A DNA stretch of 64,000 nt, taken from contig NW_013657633.1 in assembly GCF_000142905.1 (NCBI RefSeq), forward strand, positions 169,154 to 233,153, read 5' to 3'. Below, piece after piece: positions 31,801 to 41,222 of the stretch. Position 1 is the stretch's first letter. Each line of letters opens with the position of its first letter. The notes beneath the pieces are model-generated. The model was not told the origin of the DNA. It worked only from the letters and a program-made list of their open reading frames with translations, and made no database searches. Made by a program: the position numbers and the translations under genes. This DNA comes from Thecamonas trahens ATCC 50062. Its lineage: Eukaryota > Protista > Apusomonadida.

Positions 31801-32478
31801 AGCGGAGCGGGGCTTGTCGTGTCTGGCGGCGGCGACGGCCAGGTGGCCGGGCTCTCAGTTGCGAATGGGAGTGAGGCGTGGCGCGTGGATGTTGCGGACG
31901 GAGCGGCTGTGACGGCTGTGGCAGGGACGGACGACGGTGGGCTTGTTGTTGCCGGCGATGTCCGCGGCGGGTTTGTGGTGCTCTCCGGAAGCGACGGAAC
32001 CATTGCGGCGCGTGTGGATCTCGGGTCCGGGGCAGCGTGCGTGGACGCGGTCGGGAGCATGTGGGCGTGCGGAACGCATGGCGGGACAATCGTAGTCGGC
32101 TCTGCGTCTGGCCTCCTCGCCACAAAGCGCGTGGTGGCCGAGTCGGGCTCCGGCGCCGGGGTGACTGCGCTCAGTTGGGTGAGCGCATCGCGGCTGGTGG
32201 CGGCTGTCGACGGTAGCGTCCGGATGTGGAGCGTGGGCGGCGGTGGGGTGCTTGACGAGCTCGGGCGGCCGGCGCTGCACTCGGTCTGTCCCGGCGGCGG
32301 TGGCGTTGTCTGGGTAGGGGTCGGCAGCGGGGGCATGGCGTGGGGCGATGCTGGCGGCGGCGGCGGCCTGGCTGAGGCCGTAGAAGGAGGCCGGGTGGGA
32401 GAGGTGGTGAGGCGCCGGCGGAGGCGTAAGACCAAGTCGCGGACCCCGATCTTGGAGGGTGTTGAGTTTGGCCTGTAA
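28883..32478 (+). CDS. DENN domain + SBF2-like + WD40 protein (SCD1/DENND3-like Rab GEF); apparent frameshift near 30353-30356
   Basis: cDENN signature LLLEAKLVLVS..LLAPFPWPYVFVPIVP..LAAPTPFIMG; WD repeats LRGHSGPVGAL..VSGGSDGRLCVW; the two ORFs overlap at 30280-30430. Confidence 0.8.
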
Positions 32479-32635
32479 AGTTAGCTTCCCTAGCTCTCTC
32501 TGGTTCGCATCAGACAGACGTCTGCACCGTGATCACCCCACACACGTGACACCACTCACACCCTGCATACCCCAACCTCACCTCTGAGGTACCGAGAGTG
32601 TGTGCGACCGCCCCACTCCGCTCCCCCCCTCCCCC

Positions 32636-33391
32636 ATGATCATCTACGCCCTCGTTGCCCGGGGCACCAACGTGCTCTGCGAACACGCGGTCCGTTCAGG
32701 TACGCTCTCCCTTCCTCCCCTTTCGCCCTGTCCACCCCCAGCACACCCCCTTACCCCCCCCCCTTACCCCCCCCCAACACACACAGGCAACTTTACCTCT
32801 GTCACGCCGCTCATTCTCGGCAAGCTCGACGCCAGCCGTAATGAGAAGCGGACATACGTGTACTCGTCGATGCACTTTCACTACGTGACGCATAACGGGC
32901 TGGTGTTCCTCGCCATGGCGGAGGCGGACACGCCACGGCGCATTCCGTTTGCCTTTCTCGCCGACGTCATCTCCCGGTTCGAGGCGCAGTTTGACGCAGG
33001 TGTGGCACGGAGGGCGATCGCGTACTCGCTCGACTCGGCGTTCAAGCCCACGCTCTCGTCGCGGATCGACTACTACAACCATGACCCGTCTGCAGACAAG
33101 ATTAGCGCAGTGCAGTCGCAGATCGACGACGTCAAGGGCGTCATGGTCGACAACATCGAAAAGGTGCTCGAGCGCGGCGAGAAGATCGAGCTCCTGGTTG
33201 ACAAGACCGACAACCTGTCGGCGCAAGCGTTCCAGTTTAAGAAAAAGTCGACGTCGCTCAAGCGGGCTATGATGTGGAAGAACATCAAGATGTGGATTCT
33301 GATCGGGATGGTACTGGCCATCGTGCTTTGGCTCATCCTCTCGTTTGCCTGCGGCTTTGACTTTTCCAAGTGCAAGAAGAAGAAGAAGTGA
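32636..33391 (+). CDS. VAMP7: Longin R-SNARE VAMP7 (exons 32636-32699, 32787-33391)
   Basis: IIYALVARG, RRIPFAFL, VKGVMVDNIEKVLERGEKIELLVDKT, C-terminal TM; 87-nt intron GTACGC...CACAG. Confidence 0.96.
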   Translation: MIIYALVARGTNVLCEHAVRSGTLSLPPLSPCPPPAHPLTPPPYPPPTHTGNFTSVTPLILGKLDASRNEKRTYVYSSMHFHYVTHNGLVFLAMAEADTPRRIPFAFLADVISRFEAQFDAGVARRAIAYSLDSAFKPTLSSRIDYYNHDPSADKISAVQSQIDDVKGVMVDNIEKVLERGEKIELLVDKTDNLSAQAFQFKKKSTSLKRAMMWKNIKMWILIGMVLAIVLWLILSFACGFDFSKCKKKKK

Positions 33392-33551
33392 TGGGAACAG
33401 CTGTGACTAGGCTGCGTAGCAGCAGCATTGAAATCAAGGAACCAAGAAGGGCGTAGCCTCACACGTATCGCATCGCAGCTTGAGCTGAGCGCTGGCAACT
33501 GCCGAGTGTGCGAGTGCGAAGAGGGTCTGGAGATGGGCAAAAAAAGAAGTT

Positions 33552-33623
33552 CTTCCTCGCCGGGGATTGAACCCGGATCTTCAACGTGACAAGCTGAGAT
33601 ACTAGCCATTATACTACGAGGAA
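33552..33623 (-). tRNA. trnD-GUC: tRNA-Asp(GUC), copy 1
   Basis: 72-nt cloverleaf: acceptor TTCCTCG/CGAGGAA, anticodon loop TTGTCAC, T-arm CCGGG-TTCAATC-CCCGG, oligo-T terminator downstream. Confidence 0.97.
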
Positions 33624-33906
33624 TTGCTTGATGATCAAGCCACAGAAAAGTGAATATATAGTGTACAATCAATGCTCACCCCAACTACTGCGGCTGATCA
33701 TGGCTAGATCTTGGACGCTGGACCCGCTGCTAGACACCTCCAAAGGTGCTCGAGACTAGGATTTTCAGCTTCACAGGAGGAAGATGCGGCATGGTCGCCA
33801 TCAGCTTGCGCACATCACACGATGTCGAACAAGGAGTGTGTTGGCTACTCTTGGGTGGGCTACTGTAGAACTAGCGGCAGGGTCTGGAGATGGGCAAAAA
33901 AAAATG

Positions 33907-33978
33907 CTTCCTCGCCGGGGATTGAACCCGGATCTTCAACGTGACAAGCTGAGATACTAGCCATTATACTACGAGGAA
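33907..33978 (-). tRNA. trnD-GUC: tRNA-Asp(GUC), copy 2
   Basis: Identical to copy 1; T9 terminator. Confidence 0.97.
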
Positions 33979-34431
33979 TTCGTTGAGTGACAACGGCTAT
34001 CTTCACATCTTTATAGCATGCAATGGAGTCACCGCACTTGCCGCAGCATCGTAGTGTGCGCCCCCGAGTAGGATGGGCACGCCATCGCAGCCAAGGCAAG
34101 TGTCGAACGCGCTGTTGCAGACACTGCACGCATCAAAATCCTCGCCCGAGCTAGGCACACCATCGCAGGTCGTCTTGTTGCTTCAGGGCGGTGGCCCGAG
34201 TATACCGCCAGCCACAGGTGATGTCTTGGTTGGGCTCGTGGTTGGCGAGAAAGGAACAGCCTGACTGAGGGCAGTGATTGTGATTGGCAAGAACGGCTCA
34301 AGTTGGACTGGTAGTGGAGGCTCCCCTGCTCACCTGTCCACGAACCTCTGCACGCACCGACCGAACTCGCCTACTGTACCAATCCAATATACACTATATA
34401 ATGCTGTCCTTCCTCGCTCTGTATCAAGCAA

Positions 34432-34503
34432 TTCCTCGTAGTATAATGGCTAGTATCTCAGCTTGTCACGTTGAAGATCCGGGTTCAATCCCCGGCGAGG
34501 AAG
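34432..34503 (+). tRNA. trnD-GUC: tRNA-Asp(GUC), copy 3
   Basis: Identical sequence, inverted orientation. Confidence 0.97.
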
Positions 34504-34510
34504 GATCTTC

Positions 34511-34516
34511 TTTTTT
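34511..34516 (+). terminator. RNA polymerase III oligo-dT terminator of tRNA-Asp copy 3
   Basis: T6 starting 8 nt after the discriminator base; equivalent A-runs on the + strand lie beside copies 1 and 2. Confidence 0.85.
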
Positions 34517-34630
34517 GCCTCTCTCGAGACCCTCACTCTCTGCACACTCAACGGTAGCCAGCGCTCAGCTCTTCTTCAACCTAGCGTACCTCTTGACACC
34601 TCACTGTCATCACCTCGTTCACCCTTTCCA

Positions 34631-34975
34631 ATGCTACGCGCCGCCCTCCTTGCCCGCGTCACCCGTGTCACCTCTGCTGCCATGCCGTTCTCGAACCGCT
34701 CGCTCACCCTCTCTGCGGCCCGTGCTGACGACGACGACCACGCGCCGGTCGACTCGCTCGATGACGCGTCCGCCTTCCTCGACGATGACGACGATGACGT
34801 CGAGGACTGGGCTGATGAAACCCCTCCGCCGCCGCTCTACTCCTCCTCCCATGCTGCCCCGGGCGAGTCGCGCTCCCAGGTCAATACCGAGACCGGTGAG
34901 GTTGGCGGCCCGGCGGGCCCCGAGCCCACCCGCTTCAACGACTGGTCGTTCAAGGGCCGCGTCACAGACTTCTGA
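34631..34975 (+). CDS. SDHAF4: Succinate dehydrogenase assembly factor 4 (Sdh8/DUF1674), mitochondrial
   Basis: Presequence MLRAALLARVTR; C-terminal signature TGEVGGPAGPEPTRFNDWSFKGRVTDF. Confidence 0.95.
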   Translation: MLRAALLARVTRVTSAAMPFSNRSLTLSAARADDDDHAPVDSLDDASAFLDDDDDDVEDWADETPPPPLYSSSHAAPGESRSQVNTETGEVGGPAGPEPTRFNDWSFKGRVTDF

Positions 34976-36493
34976 CTCGACGCAAGCCCCCCCCCTCCCT
35001 ACCGCTTGACACCTCTCTTGCTTTGTACACAGACGATGGCCCGATCACGGGTGTCGCTGCGGAGGAGACTCTCTGGAATCTGCGATCTGTGGAGGTGTGC
35101 GCCGTTGGCGGCGCCCACCTCTCGCCGCTCCGTCGCAAGCGACGCTGTGACGAGAGGGAACCGGAAACCTCGCGTTAAACCATCCCTTTTGACGCAAGAA
35201 GACCTTCATTCGCCACCCTCCCGGCCGCACACCTGCTAGCAGATTCTCTCTCTCCGCCTCGGGGTGCTGGCCAAGCTGTGATCGCATCGGTGCCAGCTCG
35301 GTGCCGCCCTCCCGCCTCGACCTCAAGCACCTGCAGCGTGCGGGTGCGAGGGCGAGCGCGCGGAGGCGCTATCGCGAGCAGCGCCGTCTCCCTCGGGCGC
35401 TCGGTTCCGTTGTGCCATCACGGGGCAAATGCCTCGCATGCTCAGTCAAGGCGTTGCACAGGCTCAGAGCATGCGATGTGCGGTCCTGCCGCTGCATCGG
35501 CTTTTTGTTGTACTTTTCCTTGCTGTTGTCGTTGGCCACATGCGGCTTTGCCGCTGCAGCAGCTTGTGGTTGATCGTTCCTTGTTGTGTCGGCTGGCGCC
35601 TTGCGGTTCTTCCGCATCATCATCTGGTTACTTTTGTTTTTCTGCTCGGTGCTGTTGTTGCCTCCCAGCAGAGAGCATGCAGTCTGATGTCGTTGCCGTG
35701 GTCATGGTCGCTACGACTCGGTGTGGGTGCATCGCCCTTTTTCTTTCTTGTTTGTCGCGTTGGCTTTTCCTGTCGTTCAGCCGGGCGACGCAGCCTGTCG
35801 TTGTGCTGATGCGCGTGCTGATGTGCGTGCTGATGCGCATACTGTTGCGCATGCCGTTGTGCGTTCCTTGCGCGTGCTGTTGCCTATGCCTTTGCGCTTG
35901 CGCTCTTGGTGACTTTGGGCCACTTGTTTTTTTTTTTTTCGCTCAGCCGTAGAACATGTTGTGTCGTCTCCTCCAGCCCGCACAGAGGTGTAGAACCCCG
36001 ACCCAAACCACACTTGCTCTTTCCTCCTACCACCACCTCCACCCCTCCCCGTCGTCACCTTCTCCCGTCCCTTTCCCTGTCGCACCCCGACTGCTTGAGT
36101 CAAGTCTTGCCGACTCTTGCTCATTCCGAACGAAAAAGCAAACGTTGCCAAAGAACGTTCCGCCACACGTGCGTGGTGCCGCCACCCTTCGCCACTCCGC
36201 CTGCCGCACCGTCTCCTGCCGTGTCCTATCCATTCACCGTGCTCGCATACGTCTGTACCACTCGTCACACTTCTCTTGTTGCAGCTATCCCTGCTTCTCG
36301 CTCTCAAAGCCCCTCATTCTTGCGCACTCTCCGTCCCGTCTTCCTCCCAGCTGAGCGTGCGGAATGCGGCGCAAGTGAAAAAAAACAACGAACAAATACA
36401 AATTGGCGCTCGTGAGCAAATCCCAGCCGGAGCCGGCAAGGGGCGACAGTGCCTGACAGCGCCAGCTGACTCGACCTCCCGCACCACCGCGGC

Positions 36494-36886
36494 ATGGACC
36501 AAACTCTTGGTGAGGTGCGGGCCGAAAAGGCTGAGGCCAAGGCCGCCTTCCGCGAGGTTGCTGCCGAGTATGCCTCTGCCGCCGCCGACGGGGCCGACCC
36601 AGAGTCACTTGCCGAGCTCCAGACCGAGCTGGATGAGGTCTACGAGGCGTACGTCTACGCCTCGTGCGTCCTCCGCGTCGTTGAGAACCTGCTCCGCCTC
36701 ACCCTCGCTGCCGCCGTCCGCGCTCGCTCGATCCCACCCGCTCGCACTTCGTCTCGCCTCGACCTCACCACTGTCGCCGATGCCGTCCTTCGCAGGCCGT
36801 CCCGCTCTGCCTCCCAATTGGACTCGCTCTCCTCGCTCCGCCTCTCCTCCACTTCATCGGTCACACTCGAGTTGTCCGGCGAGTAG
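36494..36886 (+). CDS. Hypothetical helical protein (130 aa)
   Basis: ATG-started ORF with host-like codon use (GAG/GCC/CTC) and an amphipathic helical N-terminal half; no recognised family. Confidence 0.55.
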   Translation: MDQTLGEVRAEKAEAKAAFREVAAEYASAAADGADPESLAELQTELDEVYEAYVYASCVLRVVENLLRLTLAAAVRARSIPPARTSSRLDLTTVADAVLRRPSRSASQLDSLSSLRLSSTSSVTLELSGE

Positions 36887-37006
36887 CGCCCACTCCCAGC
36901 TTCACCTCACCGCTTCGTACGCGTCGAGCGCAGAGCCCTGACCAGTCTGCTGCCAATGGCCAGACACTCGCCCCCACACTCAAAACCAGAGCGCTTTCAA
37001 TCAATC

Positions 37007-39138
37007 TCAGTCTCCAAACGCATTCAGTTCGGCTCCAGACAGGCTCTCAAACTCCTTGGCCTCGCGCGCAGCGCGCGCCTTCGCCAGCAACTTCCGCTTG
37101 ATCACCATGTAGGAGCCGATGCCCACACCGAGCACAACCACGGCAGCCACAATGACTCCGATGAGCACCCCCGTCGCCCCAGACGTGTCCTTTGGCGGCG
37201 CCTGCGCCGGAAACGTTACTCCGATCCGCCCTAGCTCAGAATCGCTGCCGTCCACAGCGGGCCTCGCCGGCTTCTTCCCTGTGAGAACGTCAACAAGCTC
37301 GCGGACAAGCGAGGGTCCTGTCCGGTTGCCGCAGTCGATGATGGTAAAGGTCACCGTGTCTGGCGGGTTTTCCGGCGGCTCGGCCTTGATCACGATGCAC
37401 GACTCGTCGATGTCGAGCTCGTACGCCACCGCTGCCAGAAACACGCTTCGGTTGTACGGCTTGGACAGCTCAAGGACGACCGTGAGCGACTCGGCGTCGG
37501 CATCGTTGACATTGCACAGCGGCGAAAACTGCCACCCCACGTCGCAATCGCACCGGTCGTTGAGCGAGATCGGGCACACCCCGTGGCCCGAGCAGTCCGG
37601 CGGGTTGCACGCCACAGAAAACTGGTCACAGTTGCGTCCGTTCCACGACCCCACGTTGTCCACCACGCACTCGCACGTCCCATCGTTGCACACTCCGTGG
37701 TTCAGCTCCTCGCCGCATCCGCCCTCGCACCGCCGCTCCTCGCAGTACTGGCCTGTAAAGTTCGCCGTGCACTCGCACACGCCCTGGTTGCACACCCCGC
37801 GCTCCGGCCCATAGCAGTCAAAGGGACAGAGAATGATCGAGCAGTCAAAGCCGGCTCGGAGCGTGTTGCAGTTGCACGTCGTCCCGGTGCACACACCGCC
37901 GCTGCTCGCCGCGTTGCAGTTGTTCGGGCACGTTGCAGTCTCCACAACAATCACTTGTGCCGGGTTCGACTGCGTCCCAAAGTACACCCGCTCGTTGGCC
38001 ACGTCGATCACCGCAGACTGTAGCCGCTTCTCGCCCGTGTTGAGTGTAAGCGTCTCAACAAGTTCCATGCTCGTCGCGTTCACCAGGTACACAAACCCGA
38101 CAGGAATCGAGTTGGCGCCCCAGTACTGCAGCCCAGTCGTCGGATCCATCGCCGCAGACCGAATCCCAGCCGAGCCTGTAAAGAGCCGCCGGCCTGTTCG
38201 GAAAAAGGCGGCAGGATCCGTAACATCCACCTCTACAACAAAGTTGGCCGACGAATCCGTTCCAAAGTAAGCCTTGGTACGCGTCCCCTCGCCCCGCAAC
38301 AGCGACGCAGACATAAAGTCCTCGCCTGACTCGAGCAACTTGGATGATATCGTTCCAGTCTTCAAGCTTGTGGCTGAGAATGGCGCCACCTTGGTGGGCT
38401 TGGTCAGCGAGGCGCCGAACATCATCTCCGTCACGGGGTCAAGAGCCATGGTGAAAAACCGATCTCCAAGATTCTCCCCAACCACTTGCACTAGTGGGCT
38501 GATCGAATACTTGTAAACCATGATCTTCATCGCTGCGTCTTGGTCACACGAGACAATCGCCGTGCTCCTTGCAGGGTCCACAACAAGTGCAAAGTACGGT
38601 GGCCGCCCGGCCGGGGCGTGCGACTCTACAACCGCGTGTGTCGTCGGCGAGACGGTAGCCACCACCCCATCAAACGTCGCGACAATGATGAGCGTGCTGT
38701 TCGCGTCAAAGCCTGCACTCTTGACCTTGTTCAGCCCCGAGACAGAGCCCTCCCACACAACAGTGTTGGCAGCCGTGTCGATCTCCACAAGATACGTCGG
38801 GCTCTCAAATGAGAAAAAGTACGCTCGCGACGTGTCTGGGTCCGACGTCGCCGCCAGAAAGTCGGCGTGGCCGGCAAAGGTAAACGCTGACGACCGCGAG
38901 AACGTGGTCGCAGCACCATGCCGTGCCATTAGAGTGACCACTAGCACCAAGAGAAGCTTCGCACACTGTCGCCGGGGAGGATCATGGAGTGAGTGAGGAG
39001 ACGAAGTGCCGCCCGCCAAAGCAAAAAAGTATGCATGCCACTTCAGGCGGCCCTGTCCAGCCACCACGACGCCGGGTGGCTTTGGTGACCGGGAAGCAGC
39101 ACACTCTCGCATACCTTGTGCACTCCACAGACCGTCAT
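37007..39138 (-). CDS. Type-I surface protein: signal peptide, beta-propeller-like region, tenascin-type EGF repeats, TM, short tail (exons 39115-39138, 37007-38965)
   Basis: Phase-0 intron GTATGC...CTCAC...GACAG yields MTVCGVHK|CAKLLLVLVVTL signal; repeated xDP....YFG blades; CPNNC..GVC..C.C..GFDC EGF repeats; TM GVLIGVIVAAVVVLGVGIG. Confidence 0.85.
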
Positions 39139-39356
39139 GTGGATGTCCAAGTCTTAGGGGGTAGCCAAAAAATGGCGTCGAATACAAGCGCACAGGCTGA
39201 AGTCGTGGCTGTGAGCGTTGCTGGGGTGTGGGATCGCCATTTTGACAGACATTCGTCAGCCCCCACGCCATGCATCACCCTCCTCCACAGCGCTTGCGTC
39301 GGGACACGTTCGCGAAGTCATTCGACTCGCCCTTTGGCAGACAAAGGACGAAGAGC

Positions 39357-41191
39357 ATGCAACCTGTTGTTGTTGCTGTGCTGGCTTTGGTTGCTGTTGT
39401 GTGCGGGTGCATGTGTGTGGGTACGCAGCAGGTACCTCTTTGAACACAAGTATTTTTGTGGCACGACAAAAGCGTTGTCGAGGGTGGTGCACGCGAAAGG
39501 GCAAGGGGGATGGGGAGGGGGGAAGGGGGGGGGGGAACGAGGGGGGAGAGGAGGTGGGAACAGGGGCTGTGGAAGCAGTAGCAGAGTGGCTTGCCTGTTC
39601 ATCCAGCTGGCGACCACATGGGCGACCGGCCTGCTCACCTCGCGCCATCAACACTCACCACCGTGTGGCAACTCCTGCCGTGTACACACCTTCTGCTCGC
39701 AGACGCCGCCACGCCTGAAGAGCCGTTTTGCCTCTCATGGAACATGCCGAGTGTGTGCTTCTTCGAGACGGTCTATCCGTTACTGACTGATGAGACGTTC
39801 CAGGACTTTTACCAGTACAACATCCCGTTCGGTACGTGATCGTCCACCAAAGGGAGGGTGTGTGTGTGTGGGGTGTGTGGTGGAGAAGAGGTATGGCGCT
39901 CAAACTCACGATCATGCTTGTGGTCTGTCCCGCCCGCGCTGCTGGCGGCTGGCGGCTGGCTGCAGGCTCGAGCGCCAACTCGGGCATCGAGCTCTCGGGA
40001 GTCACCCAGTTCCTCATCGTCAAGGAGCAGGTCGGCAAGGCTGCGCCTGAAGACCAGCGCCTGGCACTCTCCGTCATCCACGACAAGCCACAAGACGGCG
40101 ATGGCGGCGCCATCGCCTTTAACTTTTCCGCTCCCGGCGCCGGCTTTCCATACTTTTTCGAGGCCAATACCGGCGACAACACGAATTCCAACGTGCCGCC
40201 CTTTCTTGTGCGCGACGATGTCACCCATCGCCTCGACGGCTACTTTTTCGACAACGAGACCGAGTCTGGCGAGTGCCACTGGGCCTACGCCGCGTGTTGC
40301 ACCGATGGAGCCTCGATCGGTCCGCTCATCTCGCCGCTCGAGTCGGTTCCGTACGAGATTACTATCAAGTTCACGGAGCTGATTGATGCCGTCAACGTCA
40401 CTGGTGCGAACGATGCCGCCAGTAGGGGTGATCCTTGGTCCCAGGAAGTCTACTTTCGCAACGCTCCACCGCTGCAGCCCACCCATCTCATTCGCCTTCC
40501 CACCAGGAACGGGACCATCTACCCTGAGCTCCGGCTCCGCCCCGGCGCGTGCGCCCCGCGGCCGCCGTGCGACTACGGCTGCTTCGAGTGCCAGGCCCAC
40601 CCCGAGTGTGGATGGTGTGGCGCGACCCAGACGTGCCACGACCGGACGTGCGACGACGCATTTGCCGCCTGCCCTACCGCCGAAGTCGACGCAACGTGCC
40701 CGACCGCCACCTACTGTGCCGCCCGGGACACTTGCGAGGCGTGCGCTGTTGAGACTGTCTGCACCTCTTGCTCGATCTTTGACAACTCGACGTTGAGTGT
40801 CAACACCACGTGCATCGCCAAGGACCTCCTCAACTATAACTTTACCACCTGCGAGTCGGTTAACGACACGCTCGCCTTCTGCCCGCAGGACCCGAGCGTG
40901 ACCAACTCGACCCGCGGGCCGACAAACGTGACCCAGCCGGACACCATCGACATCAGCGACCTCATTCCGGCTTCAGCACCTGGCGAGTCTATCCCGGTCT
41001 GGATCTTCATTGCCATCGGCGTCGCCGTCTTTGTTCTCTTTGCCGTCCTCGTCCTCGTCATCTGGAAGCTGTTGCGAGTCCAGCAGGAGGTCGCCTCTAT
41101 CGTCGCCTTTGAGGACACAGACGACATCAAGAGCAACCCGCTGTTCGAGGACAACACCAAGGACAAGCTCAACCCGCTCTACGCCGACTGA
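39357..41191 (+). CDS. Type-I surface protein with PSI domains and integrin-beta-like cytoplasmic tail (exons 39357-39420, 39703-39831, 39966-41191)
   Basis: Two phase-1 introns (GTACGC..GCAG, GTACGT..GCAG) give a continuous frame with signal peptide MQPVVVAVLALVAVVCG; PSI motif CFECQAHPECGWC; TM ending IWKLL; tail NPLF...NPLY. Confidence 0.88.
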
Positions 41192-41222
41192 AGTGCGGCA
41201 ATTAAAGTTTCTGTTTGCTTCG

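Noticed and set aside
7814-36171. CACGTG E-boxes upstream of several genes (7814, 18743, 26805, 32543, 36166)
   Set aside because: The hexamer occurs about as often inside coding sequence; no enrichment can be shown
38972-38986. Alternative start ATG ATC CTC CCC needing a frameshift for the EGF receptor
   Set aside because: A canonical phase-0 intron (38966-39114) with a branch site explains the frame without any error
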